Positions 25,705 through 37,584 of a DNA stretch of 64,000 bases are shown piece after piece (the stretch's first letter is position 1; each line of letters starts with the position of its first letter). The notes beneath the pieces were generated by a model. That model made no database searches. It had not been told where the DNA came from and worked only from the letters and a program-made list of their open reading frames with translations. A program made the position numbers and the translations under genes. Source of the DNA: Klebsormidium nitens (Eukaryota; Plantae; Klebsormidiophyceae); contig DF237233.1 in assembly GCA_000708835.1 (NCBI GenBank), positions 49,751 to 113,750 of the forward strand, written 5' to 3'.

Positions 25705-26956
25705 TCTGCGGATGTAGCTAGATGAAGTTTGTACATAGAACTTAAGCACCCTTTCGTTTGCGAGAGGAAGTGTAAACATATCGTTTTAGACCGCTAAACA
25801 GAAGGTGGCGATACGTTAGTCCGGACTAATTATGGACGTCCAACCAAGAGTCGGCCGATCTTCAGAGGACATCATGGCATGCTATACACTACTGTACAGC
25901 AGCGGCAGCCTGGCAGTGGCAGGCGCTAATTCTGAACATTGCACGCTGGTATACGTTCGTTCGTGTTCGATTCAAGTTCGTCAAACGGGACATGGACCTC
26001 GCCACGTATATTTGATATCATTATTTGTGAGAGGATCCAACCGATGCGCACAGCGCGGCCTGCATGGCAGCGCTGGCAGGGATGCAATGATTCATATCTA
26101 CATTAATCGACACCACGTACGTAGATAAGCATGTGCGAAGAGCTGCGCACTTAACCGCGCGAAATTGCACTATAATACGGTATATCTGATAATTTAGTAG
26201 CTCGGGCGGCACGGGAGGTTCAATCGAGTATAGGCTATCTTTCGCGGTGATCCTCATGCAATCATCACAGAGCCCGTGTATAGTCCTCTCAGTGAAACCG
26301 AAGCACTTCAACGTGTACATGTACGTCCTGCAGCTTAAATCATCCTATACTTTCCAAACTTTACAAAGCAATTGCGATTCAGCGACGGTGGCTCTGAGAC
26401 GGCGGTCCGACTATTCGGGGTAACTTAATCCTGGTGGATATCCGTTTCATTTTAGTAAGTACAGGCGTGCCAGCAATGACATGCTGCCTGTAAAATTCCT
26501 AGAATGTAAGTTGTTAGTTGAATCAATAGGAGTGACTTTGAAGAAGCAAGGCGCACCGCTAGCTAGAGTCTCAGGCGGAAGTGACTCGCAGCGTTACTTC
26601 ACGCTCAACACTGAAAGAGAGCCGCGCAATGCCAGGCCACCCTACGCACGGCCATGACAAGTACATGCCGCCATCTTCTTAGCAAGCGTACCGTCTGCAC
26701 AGCCCTGAAGGACTGGCCTAGCCTAGGTACAGCCAACTCGATGATCTGCATGACACTACTCCGGTGTACTCTTGTTAGTCTTGTCCTGGCAAAAAGTCAG
26801 AGCAGAGTGCACAGAGACGCACTGTCAGCATGGCCAGCAGGGTAATCGCCCTTGGGGCCTTGCCACGTGGTCGCCACGTGGCCAGGCTGAAACGCCGCAG
26901 TGCCTGCTCTCGTCGGCATGACTTCTTCAAGTCCCCAGCAAATTGGGCTCCAAGAG

Positions 26957-29900
26957 CTACTCAAGATGGCTGAAATTATCGTTGTAGCGCTTGAAGAACT
27001 CCCGGAAACCGTAAGGACTGGGATCGTACATATACTGCAAAACAAACAAAGCCGATTTAACTCAATTTCCCTCTCCCACTCTGGCAACACTTGCTGTGAA
27101 TGCAGCTCGAAAAGGCGACAAATCATCGGCGTAACCAGTCCCAATTCAGTGAGATGAGAGGGGGTAGCTAAAGTCAGACGAGCGTACAGCCCCACTCCCA
27201 TCGTGCATGCAACCCGACGAAAGATATCCCACTTCTGAGTGAATTGAAAGAAGGCGACTTACGGGCATAACTTTGACGCTGTACTTGATAATGTTGCTGC
27301 GCTGCTCGTCTAGGGTCGGCTCCTGCACATAGCAAGTAAGTTTGTGAGCTTAATGGGATTTCATCTGCACGATCACGTTCGAGAGATAAACTCGTCAACG
27401 GAAAAAGCATCATTCCCCTGACGACTCCTTCCAAGCCTGAACGAAGACAAAGGATTCGGGGCAACAACATAGCGAACCGTTTAGGAATTGTCTCCTTCCC
27501 ACTGCTTCTAGAAGAGAAGCAAGATGTACAAGAACGAAACGCAAAAGGAGAGGATGGAACGTTCAGGGCAGAGCAGGCAGGCTTCGGAGGGAGAAGCGAG
27601 GCCTACGCACCTGCTGAGAGCTCTGGAAAATTTCGATGAACGGATAGTCCTTCCGTTGGCGCGTGATGCAGAAGCCCGGATACTTGGGGCACTCTACCTG
27701 CAGCGAATATGAACTACTTTTCCAGAAAGACAGCAAAACTGATTCAAAACCCGTTCATGTAGACTCTACTTGACGCAGTAAGGTACCGGGCCGTGACAAA
27801 TTGGGGAAAGTAGCAGCCGTGGCAGACTAGCTCGTCAACAAGAACACGTGTGGCATGCGGACGACTCGCCACGATGGAGATATCAGCCGCAAATAATCTG
27901 CTGGTTCCTTTCCGGGTATGGTGCGAAGATTGTCCAGACACAGTCGGTCGCTTGTGACGTCATTGCTGACAACTTCGTCCAGCCCCGACTCTATTCGGCA
28001 TGGGCGAACATACGGACAGAGCGAGGCTGCATGGGACACATGACCCTTAGCTATAGGGGCTAGCTGAGAAACCGAGGAGTGACACGTGGATCAGAGGCAT
28101 CCCCGGTTTTCCAGCCCAGCTTCATTTACTGGACCGGCAAGAAGCATTCTACAGACCAGACATGATCGGCTGAGGGGTTCAACCTCACGAAATGGCCGTC
28201 TGAGGAGTAATCGCTTGAGCGTTGCATAAGCGCATACCGCGTGGTCTGGCAAAGCTCGCCAGAGAGCATGATGTTCGATTCTTCGAACCGTAGATTCTCA
28301 AGAAGACAAGTTTTAGATTACGCCGCGTACCCGCAGAAATTTGACCCTCCCTTCCCATTCTGCTGCGGCGGCTTCTAGGGCCTTGTCCAAGTAGCGGGCG
28401 TGCGGACAACTGCGGGGAAAACGGTCGGCTTACAACCACGGAGGGGAAGACAAGGCCGCCCCTGACAAGCTTGTGAATCATAGCGTTCTGATTTCGGCTA
28501 GTGAGATGAATCGAGAAGAATATGCGTCGTCTGCATAAGTGACGGCCTTGAGACAATTCTCAACTAACCTAGTGCGAGTGTCAAATGTGAACACTAAATC
28601 AACTTCGAACTTCTGTGTTTTACAAAGCAATATTGCGCATCATGATTCCGAGCTAGTCAAAGACGACAAGGGAACCTCAAGGACCTCGACTCTGCTGCTG
28701 AATCTACAAAGGACTCGCCAGAATCCTTGATGCAATTCATAAAAAGGAGACCTCCAAGATTGGTATGGTAGAAGATTGCTCGAAACTCCTTTAAGAGACC
28801 CCATCAACGAATTACGTCGCACGTCGGGTGTCTTGTTGACACTCTTTTAATTCAGGCATGTGGGCAAAGGGCTATGTAGAGGTCAGAATCGATTTTCTCA
28901 GTGGAGCGCAAAGCATCAAAGATGTTTCGGTTAAGGGCTTTGCCGAGACTTGGCTGGTTGAAGTAACATGCTTAGCCAAAGCCCTTTTGCATTTGTTTGA
29001 GAGCCCAGTAAAGCAACAATTCATGAGCAAAGCTGAGAGCTTTGTCACGAGGCCTTGTCAAGGGCGTCCGGGACTTGGACAAGAGCTGGGTCCAACTAAC
29101 AGCGTAACTAAGTCAACTAAGTAACCTAACTGACAGTGCATGTTACCTTTTGAAGGTTTCCTCAAAAAGTCAGAACACAATCTTAGTCAGCAGCCATTAT
29201 CCGACCTGGACTCAACAGAAGGTATGCTCAAGCGGCCCCTCAATGCTACAAAAGACCTGGTTCAAACATCACAAGAGCTACTTTAATAACCAGGTCAAGA
29301 AATGGATTAAGAAGAATGCCTGACCTTATTGTAAACGCTACAACCACGGGGTCCCCTTCATGCAGCAGCTCCACAAACTCGCGCTCGGAAGTGAAGTGGT
29401 ACAGGTACGAGGGCTGGGATGCCCGCCCCTCAGGCAACCCCACCGTAGTCCTGGCAGGGTGCGACGGTGACTTTTTGCACTGACTATGTATGACTGTATA
29501 GTCTTCGGTGAGAATTGCTCGAATTGCTCAAGCGCCAGACGATCTCAAGTGCGTTGGTGACTTTCTGCAATGATCACTTATATCTCAAATTCAAAGCATT
29601 GGACCTGTTTCAAAGTGTTTCGCACTTTGACGACGAGATCAAAACTTTGGCTGACCGGCCGATGTCAGCTGTGTCCTAAAGATTGCAACTCTGCTAAGAG
29701 AATCATTGCTGAAAGCCTGACTGCACGCACTGGGCATTTCGTTAAAGCAGGTGGGTAAGGAGATGGTCTAGCAACACTCTGAGCTCAGAAACTGCTAACA
29801 GACCTTAAAATGAAAAGAGGTGTTGACAAGGATTGAGACTGCCGATGGCAGTACTGATCTAACGTCCTGAGATTCAGCACCTGATTTGGACCCATGAAAG

Positions 29901-30201
29901 CGGGTAGCAAAGACATGTAGTCAGACAGAAACTTTCAGGTCCTAACACTAAATCAGAAGCCTTCAAGATGGTGGAGTATGAAGACAGTTATACAGATCTT
30001 GTTTGTCAATCTGCACCACCCCACATTCAGCACTTTTTAACCAATCGGTCAAACCGCTTCCTTCAATCCGACAGCTATTATTGCAGTGTCTCGGTCACTG
30101 CAGAAGATTGCAACCGAAGCAGCTCTTGAAACTTAAAGACTTCCACCCAGAAATACTTCTCACCTGCAGAACCTCTTGACATCCTCCCACCACCCCTCCA
30201 T
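26957..30201 (-). CDS. Small (~156 aa) thioredoxin-fold protein of a conserved plant family, lacking CxxC
   Basis: Exons 30201-30164 (MEGWWEDVKRFCR), 29450-29325 (..YLYHFTSEREFVELLHEGDPVVVAFTIR), 28409-28331 (SCPHARYLDKALEAAAAEWEGRVKFLR), 27697-27611 (VECPKYPGFCITRQRKDYPFIEIFQSSQQ), 27322-27263, 27034-26957 (YMYDPSPYGFREFFKRY..*). All junctions GT-AG and in phase. Mostly missed by the ORF track. Resembles, from memory, a plant thioredoxin-superfamily protein. The start codon could lie further upstream. Confidence 0.85.
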
Positions 30202-30847
30202 CGCTGCTTATCAGCGCTGACTCTAGTAACACATCGTTTGCTTGGGAAGATGCTGGTTGCAGAACGCAATCAAAATCTGCAGAGGCAGTCTTACGGACGC
30301 CGCTGCGAGCTGGCCACCATCATCTGACGCTCCACTACTCGTCAGTTTAGAAGCATGTAGCAGCATAGGTCTTGGCCCAGCATTATGCGTAACAACGCTT
30401 CTCTGCTCCCAACCCAGCTGCTAATACGGTGGTGCTGAGCGAAAGCACAGAACGAGATAGGAGGGGCAAATGCTGGCGGATTTGTTAGGAAGGAGAAGTC
30501 TGCTCGGCAATGCATGTGTTCAATTTTGGGCAATGCTGAGGATGTTGGCGGCACGTAACCCAAGTGGTGGTTACCGTAACGCTATGGTGTGAACTGCAGT
30601 CGGTTTTTGTCTGTCTAGTTTCAGGGGGTCGAGACTGTTAGACAAAACTGCACCCCTTTCAAGCACGAACTATTCAGCAATCTGATCTGCACGCGTGACA
30701 CACATCGAGATTGATCAATCAGAGGTTTGCAAATGGTGGCCGGTACCTTTCCTCCCAGAGTCCCAGGCATAGGCCCTATGATAAGGGGAATGAGCTCTAG
30801 CTTGCGAAGTCCAGCTCATTGAAAGCGTCCTTTGTGCGCTACTGGAG

Positions 30848-33800
30848 ATGGCTGTTCCAATCAGAGCCAGCTGCCAGTTGCTGCTCGCGTCTAAGCTGCT
30901 TCAGAACTGGCCCTGCCTGGCATCAACAGCCTCGATCGCGTCAAAGGAGAGCTCGGATCATCTGCACCATGCGCCTCTTTGCGCTTCAACAGCAGTGGTA
31001 CGTAGACGAGTCGAGGAATTTGGAAGTGAACGAAACTTCTGTGGACATCATGGAGCAGCTCAGAAGTGTTTCGACGCTGAACATGAGCGAATTGGCGGAG
31101 CTCATCAGCGGTTTGGTGCAGCTCTTGCAAGTGCCGCTTTGCTGGCATTTTGGGGCGCCAAGAATCCTGTGGCCAATTGTGATGCTGATGTCAGCTCTTC
31201 TGACAGGACGAGGGACAGCTCTGCCCTGGACAGAAGGAGTGACCACTACGAAGCACAGAGCTCCGGTGATGATTCAAGCAATGCTGCGAGACCTTTCCAT
31301 CAGAAGGGAACACTCCCACCAGATGTTTCTCACTCCGGCCAATCAGTGAATGACATTGGTGCAGCGAGAGACTTCTCTGTTGACTGGCCACGTTTCTCTG
31401 CCATGCAAGTGGACAGAGATGGGTTTTTCCAAAGACAACAAGACGTCTCCCCTTCTGAGCTTCCTCCCAGCATTGCAAACCCCATCTCCACAAACCCTGC
31501 CACCAGAACAACTTCAGATAGAGATTCATCTAGCCAAACAGAGCAGCAGTTCGCTGCAGTCAACATGAACATCGCAAGCGGTGGTTCTCCAGATCTCTCA
31601 CTCAGCGCCTCCTCCAGCAGCAAAAGCGATCCCCCTTGGGCTGACGAGGTTTCCCACGCTCGCCAAGGGTTAGCGAAGCGGTTAGCCAACCTTGAGCCGG
31701 GCAACACTAAGGGAGTCCCGTGGCCAATCATCAGCAAGAAAGGGCAGCAGGTGGCAGTCAGGTTCAAGCTGGCCCCAAGCGCAGACTTTTCTCATTTCAT
31801 GGTGGATGCGGTAACTAGGCTGGGGGAAGATCCGCACGCGGGGGCGCCGAGCTCGGGGCCGTTGGTCAGAGTGCAGGCGTATGACAGGTAAAGCTCTGAA
31901 CCTAAGTAAGGCGCAAGAACAGAATGTTGTGAGAACAGTAACACAATGGTTTGGATGTTGAAGTTTGAGTCATTGGAGGTGTATTAATGAGCCTTTGGTT
32001 TCTTCCAACTTATTGGACGTAGAGCTTCGTTTTTGACAGTTTGTTGAAGAATCAGAACGTGGCAGAACAGATCTGCAGCCATAGGCTCTCCACAGACGAA
32101 TCTATCGCAAGCCCTGGCATGGTTGCGGTTTTATACTGGGTAAGCTGTGGTGATGCAGTCGTAGGCAGGTTTCATGTCAGTCCTTACTGTCACATTCAGC
32201 TGCCATGACATCAATGTACCTACTTCTTCGAAAGTTGAAATTGCTGTCAGGTTCATCCTTTCAACAAAATAAACAATCATCTTTACACGCACGCTTTTGA
32301 ATAATAGGAAAAGGTTGCCTAACGGAAAGCTAATTCTCATTGGTGTCAATGAATACTACTGTATTTGTATTCATCGATTAGTAGTGCATAAAATTCACTT
32401 ATCATAAATGGTCGTTCTTGTTGTCGTTTTTTGCAGTCCCGTCGCTCGTCACATCCTCATCCTCCCTTCCCTCCAGAGCCCCCCAGCCTCAAACGAGAGC
32501 CAGACCTCTCCAGACACGAACCAGCTCGCCGCCGCCACCCCTCCATCTCCCCTTAACACTTCCGTTTCCGACCAGTCAAATCAGCCCTCTGCGGCATCGA
32601 ACAGTGTCAGCATTGTCATCTTCCAGAGCCTGGTCGGCGACCCAACCACCGAAGTGGAATACATGCGCCGGGGGAGGTTCACAGAACGGGAGCTCGACGC
32701 CATCGCAAACGGGGTCAAGATCGGGATCGGCAAGCCGGAAGGGAAGCGCGACGAAAAACCTTTACGAAGTTCTGAGCCCAACGAGCAAGTCGCGAGAGAG
32801 AAGCGGAAAACCAGGGGGCGCGTCGCGGCAGCGTTGTCGAAGCTCGAGTCGATGGGTGTGATTGTGTATGGGGCGGAGACGTTGTCGGAAGAAGATGGGG
32901 AAGAGAAACCCGCGAACTCTGAGGGTGCCACGTGGGGCCATCTGGCGGGATATGAGGAACAGAAGCAAGAGATCGAGGATACTATTCTGTTGGCGTTGCA
33001 GCGGCCGGAGGTGTACGACCGCATTGCGCGGGGGACGCGACGGGAGTACGAGTCGAACCGGCCGCGCGCAATCCTGTTTGACGGGCCGCCAGGTGTGAAT
33101 GCCCTCCAGTCATTATTCAGTGATGATTCTTGCTACGCTGTGCCTGGCCTCAACTGCGGTTGGCTGATGCATGGATCCATCGATTGGGGATTTAAAACGC
33201 AACTGTGACGTCAATATACTGAACGGGCTTTGCCGAAGAGTTCGTGTCGACGTATTCGAAACTTCCTTGGTCGTCCCCTTGAGGTTAACCAAGTCACTTG
33301 AGTAAGTTCTTCGGATGCAGATGAATTAGCTGACTGTTTCCTCTCAAAACCTTATGTCTGCGGGCTGGTCCTTCTAAAGTATGCTGGCGCTCGAGTTCGA
33401 TGTGCGAACTTTTACCAGTTTGGTTCGCCAAGCTTCGTTGAGGGGAATTTGATAGAACCGCGTAGTTTTGGCCCTAAATTATGTGCCCTTTCATCTGTTC
33501 CAGCTCCTCGGCTTTTCCACAAAGCCCAACGAGCTTTTGGTCAAGAGGTCGCTAGTTTGCGCCTCCCAGGTAATTGCTAAGCTGGCAGACAGTCCTCTTG
33601 GCATGGGCGCTCACTTACATCACTTGGTTCTCCACAAGCGGCCGCATTCTACAAAGCTTTTGCAAGGAAGGCCTTTCTTTTTCTCAAGAGAAGTGAGACG
33701 TTCCCGTAAAGAAGCTTCAGACTCTGAAATTCCACACCCGAACGAGGATTGCCCTTTCGAGTCGCTTTCGGACGACCGACGCAACTGTTTTCTCTGGGAA

Positions 33801-36445
33801 CATTTTGATAACTCTTGTACACAGCTTCGTCACTTCTTCGCAACCCCGGACACCCAGAGTAATGGTGTCGTTGGCTTCGTGTTTCTATCATCGTCCTTGA
33901 TGTCGGTATTGTTGGTGTTCTGAATGCTTTTTTGATTCAATCTTTCAGGGACCGGCAAGACTTCGACCGCCCGAGTGATCGCCGGTCGCGCTGGCGTCCC
34001 TCTCCTGTACGTCCCCCTGGAAGCGGTCGCCTCGAAGTACTACGGCGAGAGCGAGCGGCTGCTGGCGGCAGTCTTCAACGCGGGGAAAGACTTCCCCCAC
34101 GGCTGCCTTGTGTTTCTGGACGAGATCGATGCGCTAGCAACGGAACGGGACTCGGGCATGCACGAGGCGACGCGGCGAGTGCTCTCGGTGCTCCTGCGGC
34201 AGGTACAGATGTTTGCGTCGCTCTAAGTTTTGTGTCTTCCACTGTTAGCAGCTTTCACTTGATCAGCACCGGACGGACGGTCGGATTACTTAGGGGGTTT
34301 AGGCTGGAGTTCTTATGGTGTAAGGATTAGGGTGGGCTTCATATCTTGAGTTGGGTCTCAGTTTGAGTTTCCAGAATTCCTGTGGGTTATGAGAGCTAGA
34401 CTTATCTGTATTTTTGCGTCAGATTGAGCCATTGTATCCGAGCCCTCCGTTTTGGGCCGTCTGATTGTCTCAAAAGAGGTCAGCTCATCACACTGGGAAT
34501 TAGGCTTTGCATTTTAAATGTCAGATGATTGACATCAGAACGCCGTTGTCAACATTTTCGACACTGTCATCAAAGAATCCGTCCTGTCTTAAGGATTCCA
34601 TAGCTTTTTGATTCCTGGACAGCCCCTATTTGGCGCGAAACAGACGAGCTATATTCGAATTTGAGTGGATTTGACAAGTTTTGAAACAAATGACGGACAA
34701 GGTTGGAAGTGTACTTGCATTTGTACGTTCTCACGAAAACCGTTGTCGTAACAGTTGGACGGGTTCGAGCCGGACCGGAGGACGATCGTCATCGCCGCTA
34801 CGAATCGAAAGGAGGACCTAGATGCAGCGCTCTTGAGCCGCTTCGACACGGCGCTCACTTTCGGCCTTCCGGACTTCAGGTGAAAGACAAGCTCCTGAAG
34901 AGTCGGAATATAAGACACTCTCTTCAAAGTCTTGCCTCTGAGTCCTCGCTTCCTACTTAGCGAAATGGATTTTGCATTTGCCTTTTGGGAAAAGTAGAAT
35001 TCGAAAGGGAACGCAACCACTATTATGTAAAGCCTGATGAGAGCGCCAGTTCACTGTGGGCACTCTGGTTGAAGGCGCGCAGGATCTGGCAGGGAATCAT
35101 TGGCACTACACCCATCAATCGTCGCCTTGCTTTCGTAGAAACGTAGAGCTCGATTAAATGTTCAAAGCCAATTACTAATCGTTGGAGCTGTTATCCATTA
35201 GTAATCACTTCTTTCCTGATTATGCTTATAATTATCTAGTAACGTGGTGGAACGTCCGCAGGACTCGGCAGGAGATCTTCGCGCAATACGCTCAGCACTT
35301 GTCGGCGTCCGACCGGGAAGCGGTGGCGGCGGCGACCGAGAGCATGTCGGGGCGGGACATCCGCGACATCTGCGAGCAGGCGGAGCGGCACTGGGCGTCC
35401 AAGGTAAGCGGAATGGAAACGGAAAGGAAACGGAGCTGCAACAAGCAATGAACGGAAAGGGAAAGAGTCTAACAATGCCCAATACTTGCAAGCCAAAGCA
35501 TTTTTAAGAACCAGGCTATATTTCAAGGAGCCCGAGTGGTGTACCGGTCGTTCCGGTTATTCCGGTCATTCTGGTCTAACCCTCAAGCCAAAGAATCAAT
35601 GGTAGAGCAAGAAGAAACTAAGTTTTTTTCCCTGTCGATGAGTCGTACGTCAGACGATTGGAAGAATCCCCCTGTTTGCATTTCGCGAAGTCTTAGCATC
35701 GAAGGATCCAAGTCCGCTGATATTGTGCATCCACCGAAAGTAGGGCAGGGAAAGGCTTTGTAGACCTGGTTCGAGAGCCAACTTTACTCGCGCTTAGCAC
35801 GCTCGCCAAAATTCGTTGAGCTGAGCTGAGATTGATTGGATAGGTTGGCATTGGCGCACAGTGATTCCCGAAAATGCAGACGGAAGGTGGAAATGGTCTG
35901 GAGCCCGACGTTCTCGAGGTGCAGCGGCAATCGAGAATCCGTTTTTAAGTTCTATGGTCTTTAATCTGCTCAGTTGATCGTACAAGATCGAGCGCGTCAG
36001 ATTGTTGAGCCCTCAAGCAAACCGTAGGGAATGCTTTCCCGCATTGTAGGGCTACGGAACACAAAGAGGATCCGCAAGAAACCAAGCTCGGCGACGCTTC
36101 GGTTCAGCGGTTTTGACGCAATTAAAAGCTGCTAGTTGGGCAGTTGAGCATACGTGCGCAACCAGGTGATCCGAGCGCAGATCCGAGGGCGTCCCGTGTA
36201 ACGATTCGTGAAAACCAATTGCTGAGCAAAGACGTTGACAGTCAAGCAGGACCAACTTCTAGCGCAGCCTATTCCCTAAACAAGATAATCACTTGCAGGT
36301 GATACGAGCGCAAGTCCCCCAGGAGTTGCCAACGCTGGAAGAGTACCTGCGGTGTTGCAAAGCGCGGAGACAGACCGTGGCCAAAGCGGAGCCGCCGAAG
36401 AGTCGCCCACAGAACCGTAGCGAGCTAGCCCAACAGTTTGCGTGA
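30848..36445 (+). CDS. Single-domain AAA+ ATPase (CDC48/spastin-related plant family), with a possible organellar transit peptide
   Basis: Exons 30848-31887, 32437-33092, 33949-34202, 34755-34879, 35262-35403, 36299-36445. Walker A GPPG|TGKT split by an intron, Walker B LVFLDEID, SRH AATNRKEDLDAALLSRF, and SGRDIRDICEQAER. The N-terminus is Ser/Ala/Leu-rich and acid-poor, so the transit peptide is inference. Confidence 0.9.
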
Positions 36446-37584
36446 GAGCATCCGGCAGACCGCTCTGCCCGGCATACTTCGTACTTACTTGAGATTCGAC
36501 TGGCGTCGCACGATTCAGGTTTGAGGCCGCTGCACCATGTAGTATTTCTTCAGTGTGCGTGGGAGATCCTTATATGACAGTTTAGTTCACGGATGTGCAA
36601 TCTTGGCTTGCCTCTTGGTACGAATCAGGATAGCAAGCGTTTGCATCCCACGAATCGCGCTTGGACAGCACTGTGCGACGTTGCGCTACAGAAGATAAGG
36701 ACGCTGAGTCCGGTGCCGCTTCCGGCATGGTGTCCGAGCCCGAAGTTCGATTCGACAACGTACATTAGTCCCCCTGAAGGTCCGACCAGCCCATCTTATT
36801 GCGGCCCAAGCCTGAACTGCATGGGCCGCGCAGCATGGTGGTTAAGCTAACCCTCGGGTTATATATCAGTCAGGACATTCCTATCAATTCAATTCATAGG
36901 GATATCCTAAGTTAGGCCGTATCGAACGCCGTGCCGGCAGCTGCACCTACGACATGCCAGTCGAATCACATTATAACCTGTCCCACTCATGTGCCTGGCA
37001 TGGTAGCGCTGGCGGAGGCGGCTATAGTTAATCCGTTTCTCCGGCGATCCCACGGGTTGGATTGATGCTAGGAGGTGCTGATGCGAGGCGCGGCACCGGT
37101 ATATGACGGTAGTCATATAATCTGCGCGCAGGCCAGCCCCGGCCTCGTGATCGATTGAAAGCTGACCGCCGTCGATCGATTTCAGGTTCGTTTCAGTCTT
37201 GAGTCATGAACGATGTAGCTACTAGTGCCGCGCGTGCTGCCTTGATCAGTCACTCGGATTCAATAGTAGAGTCTTGCATCAGGCTCGCGTACTTATCACT
37301 ATGCCGCCACTGCATGTGCGACAATTGGATTCACAGCTACGTACTCACGTTCGACATGGTCGTCCCAACGACGCTGCTGTGCATTCTGCAAATATTGGCA
37401 GTCGCCCACAATATGCACGCCCGGCTCAACCAAAGAATGCGCCACCGATCCAAGACAGAGACAATTGAATGGTTAAATTCACTGATCGCTCTCATGTCAA
37501 TACTATACAGCACAGGTTTGGCAGTAGGAAGCCCGAATGTTCATGAGCCTCGATAAGTTGCTTACATATGACATTCAATGCACG

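Noticed and set aside
26860-26882. CCACGTGGTCGCCA shared with 56695-56708, both in tail-to-tail spacers
   Set aside because: Only a 14-mer with no flanking similarity. It could be chance or a generic G-box.
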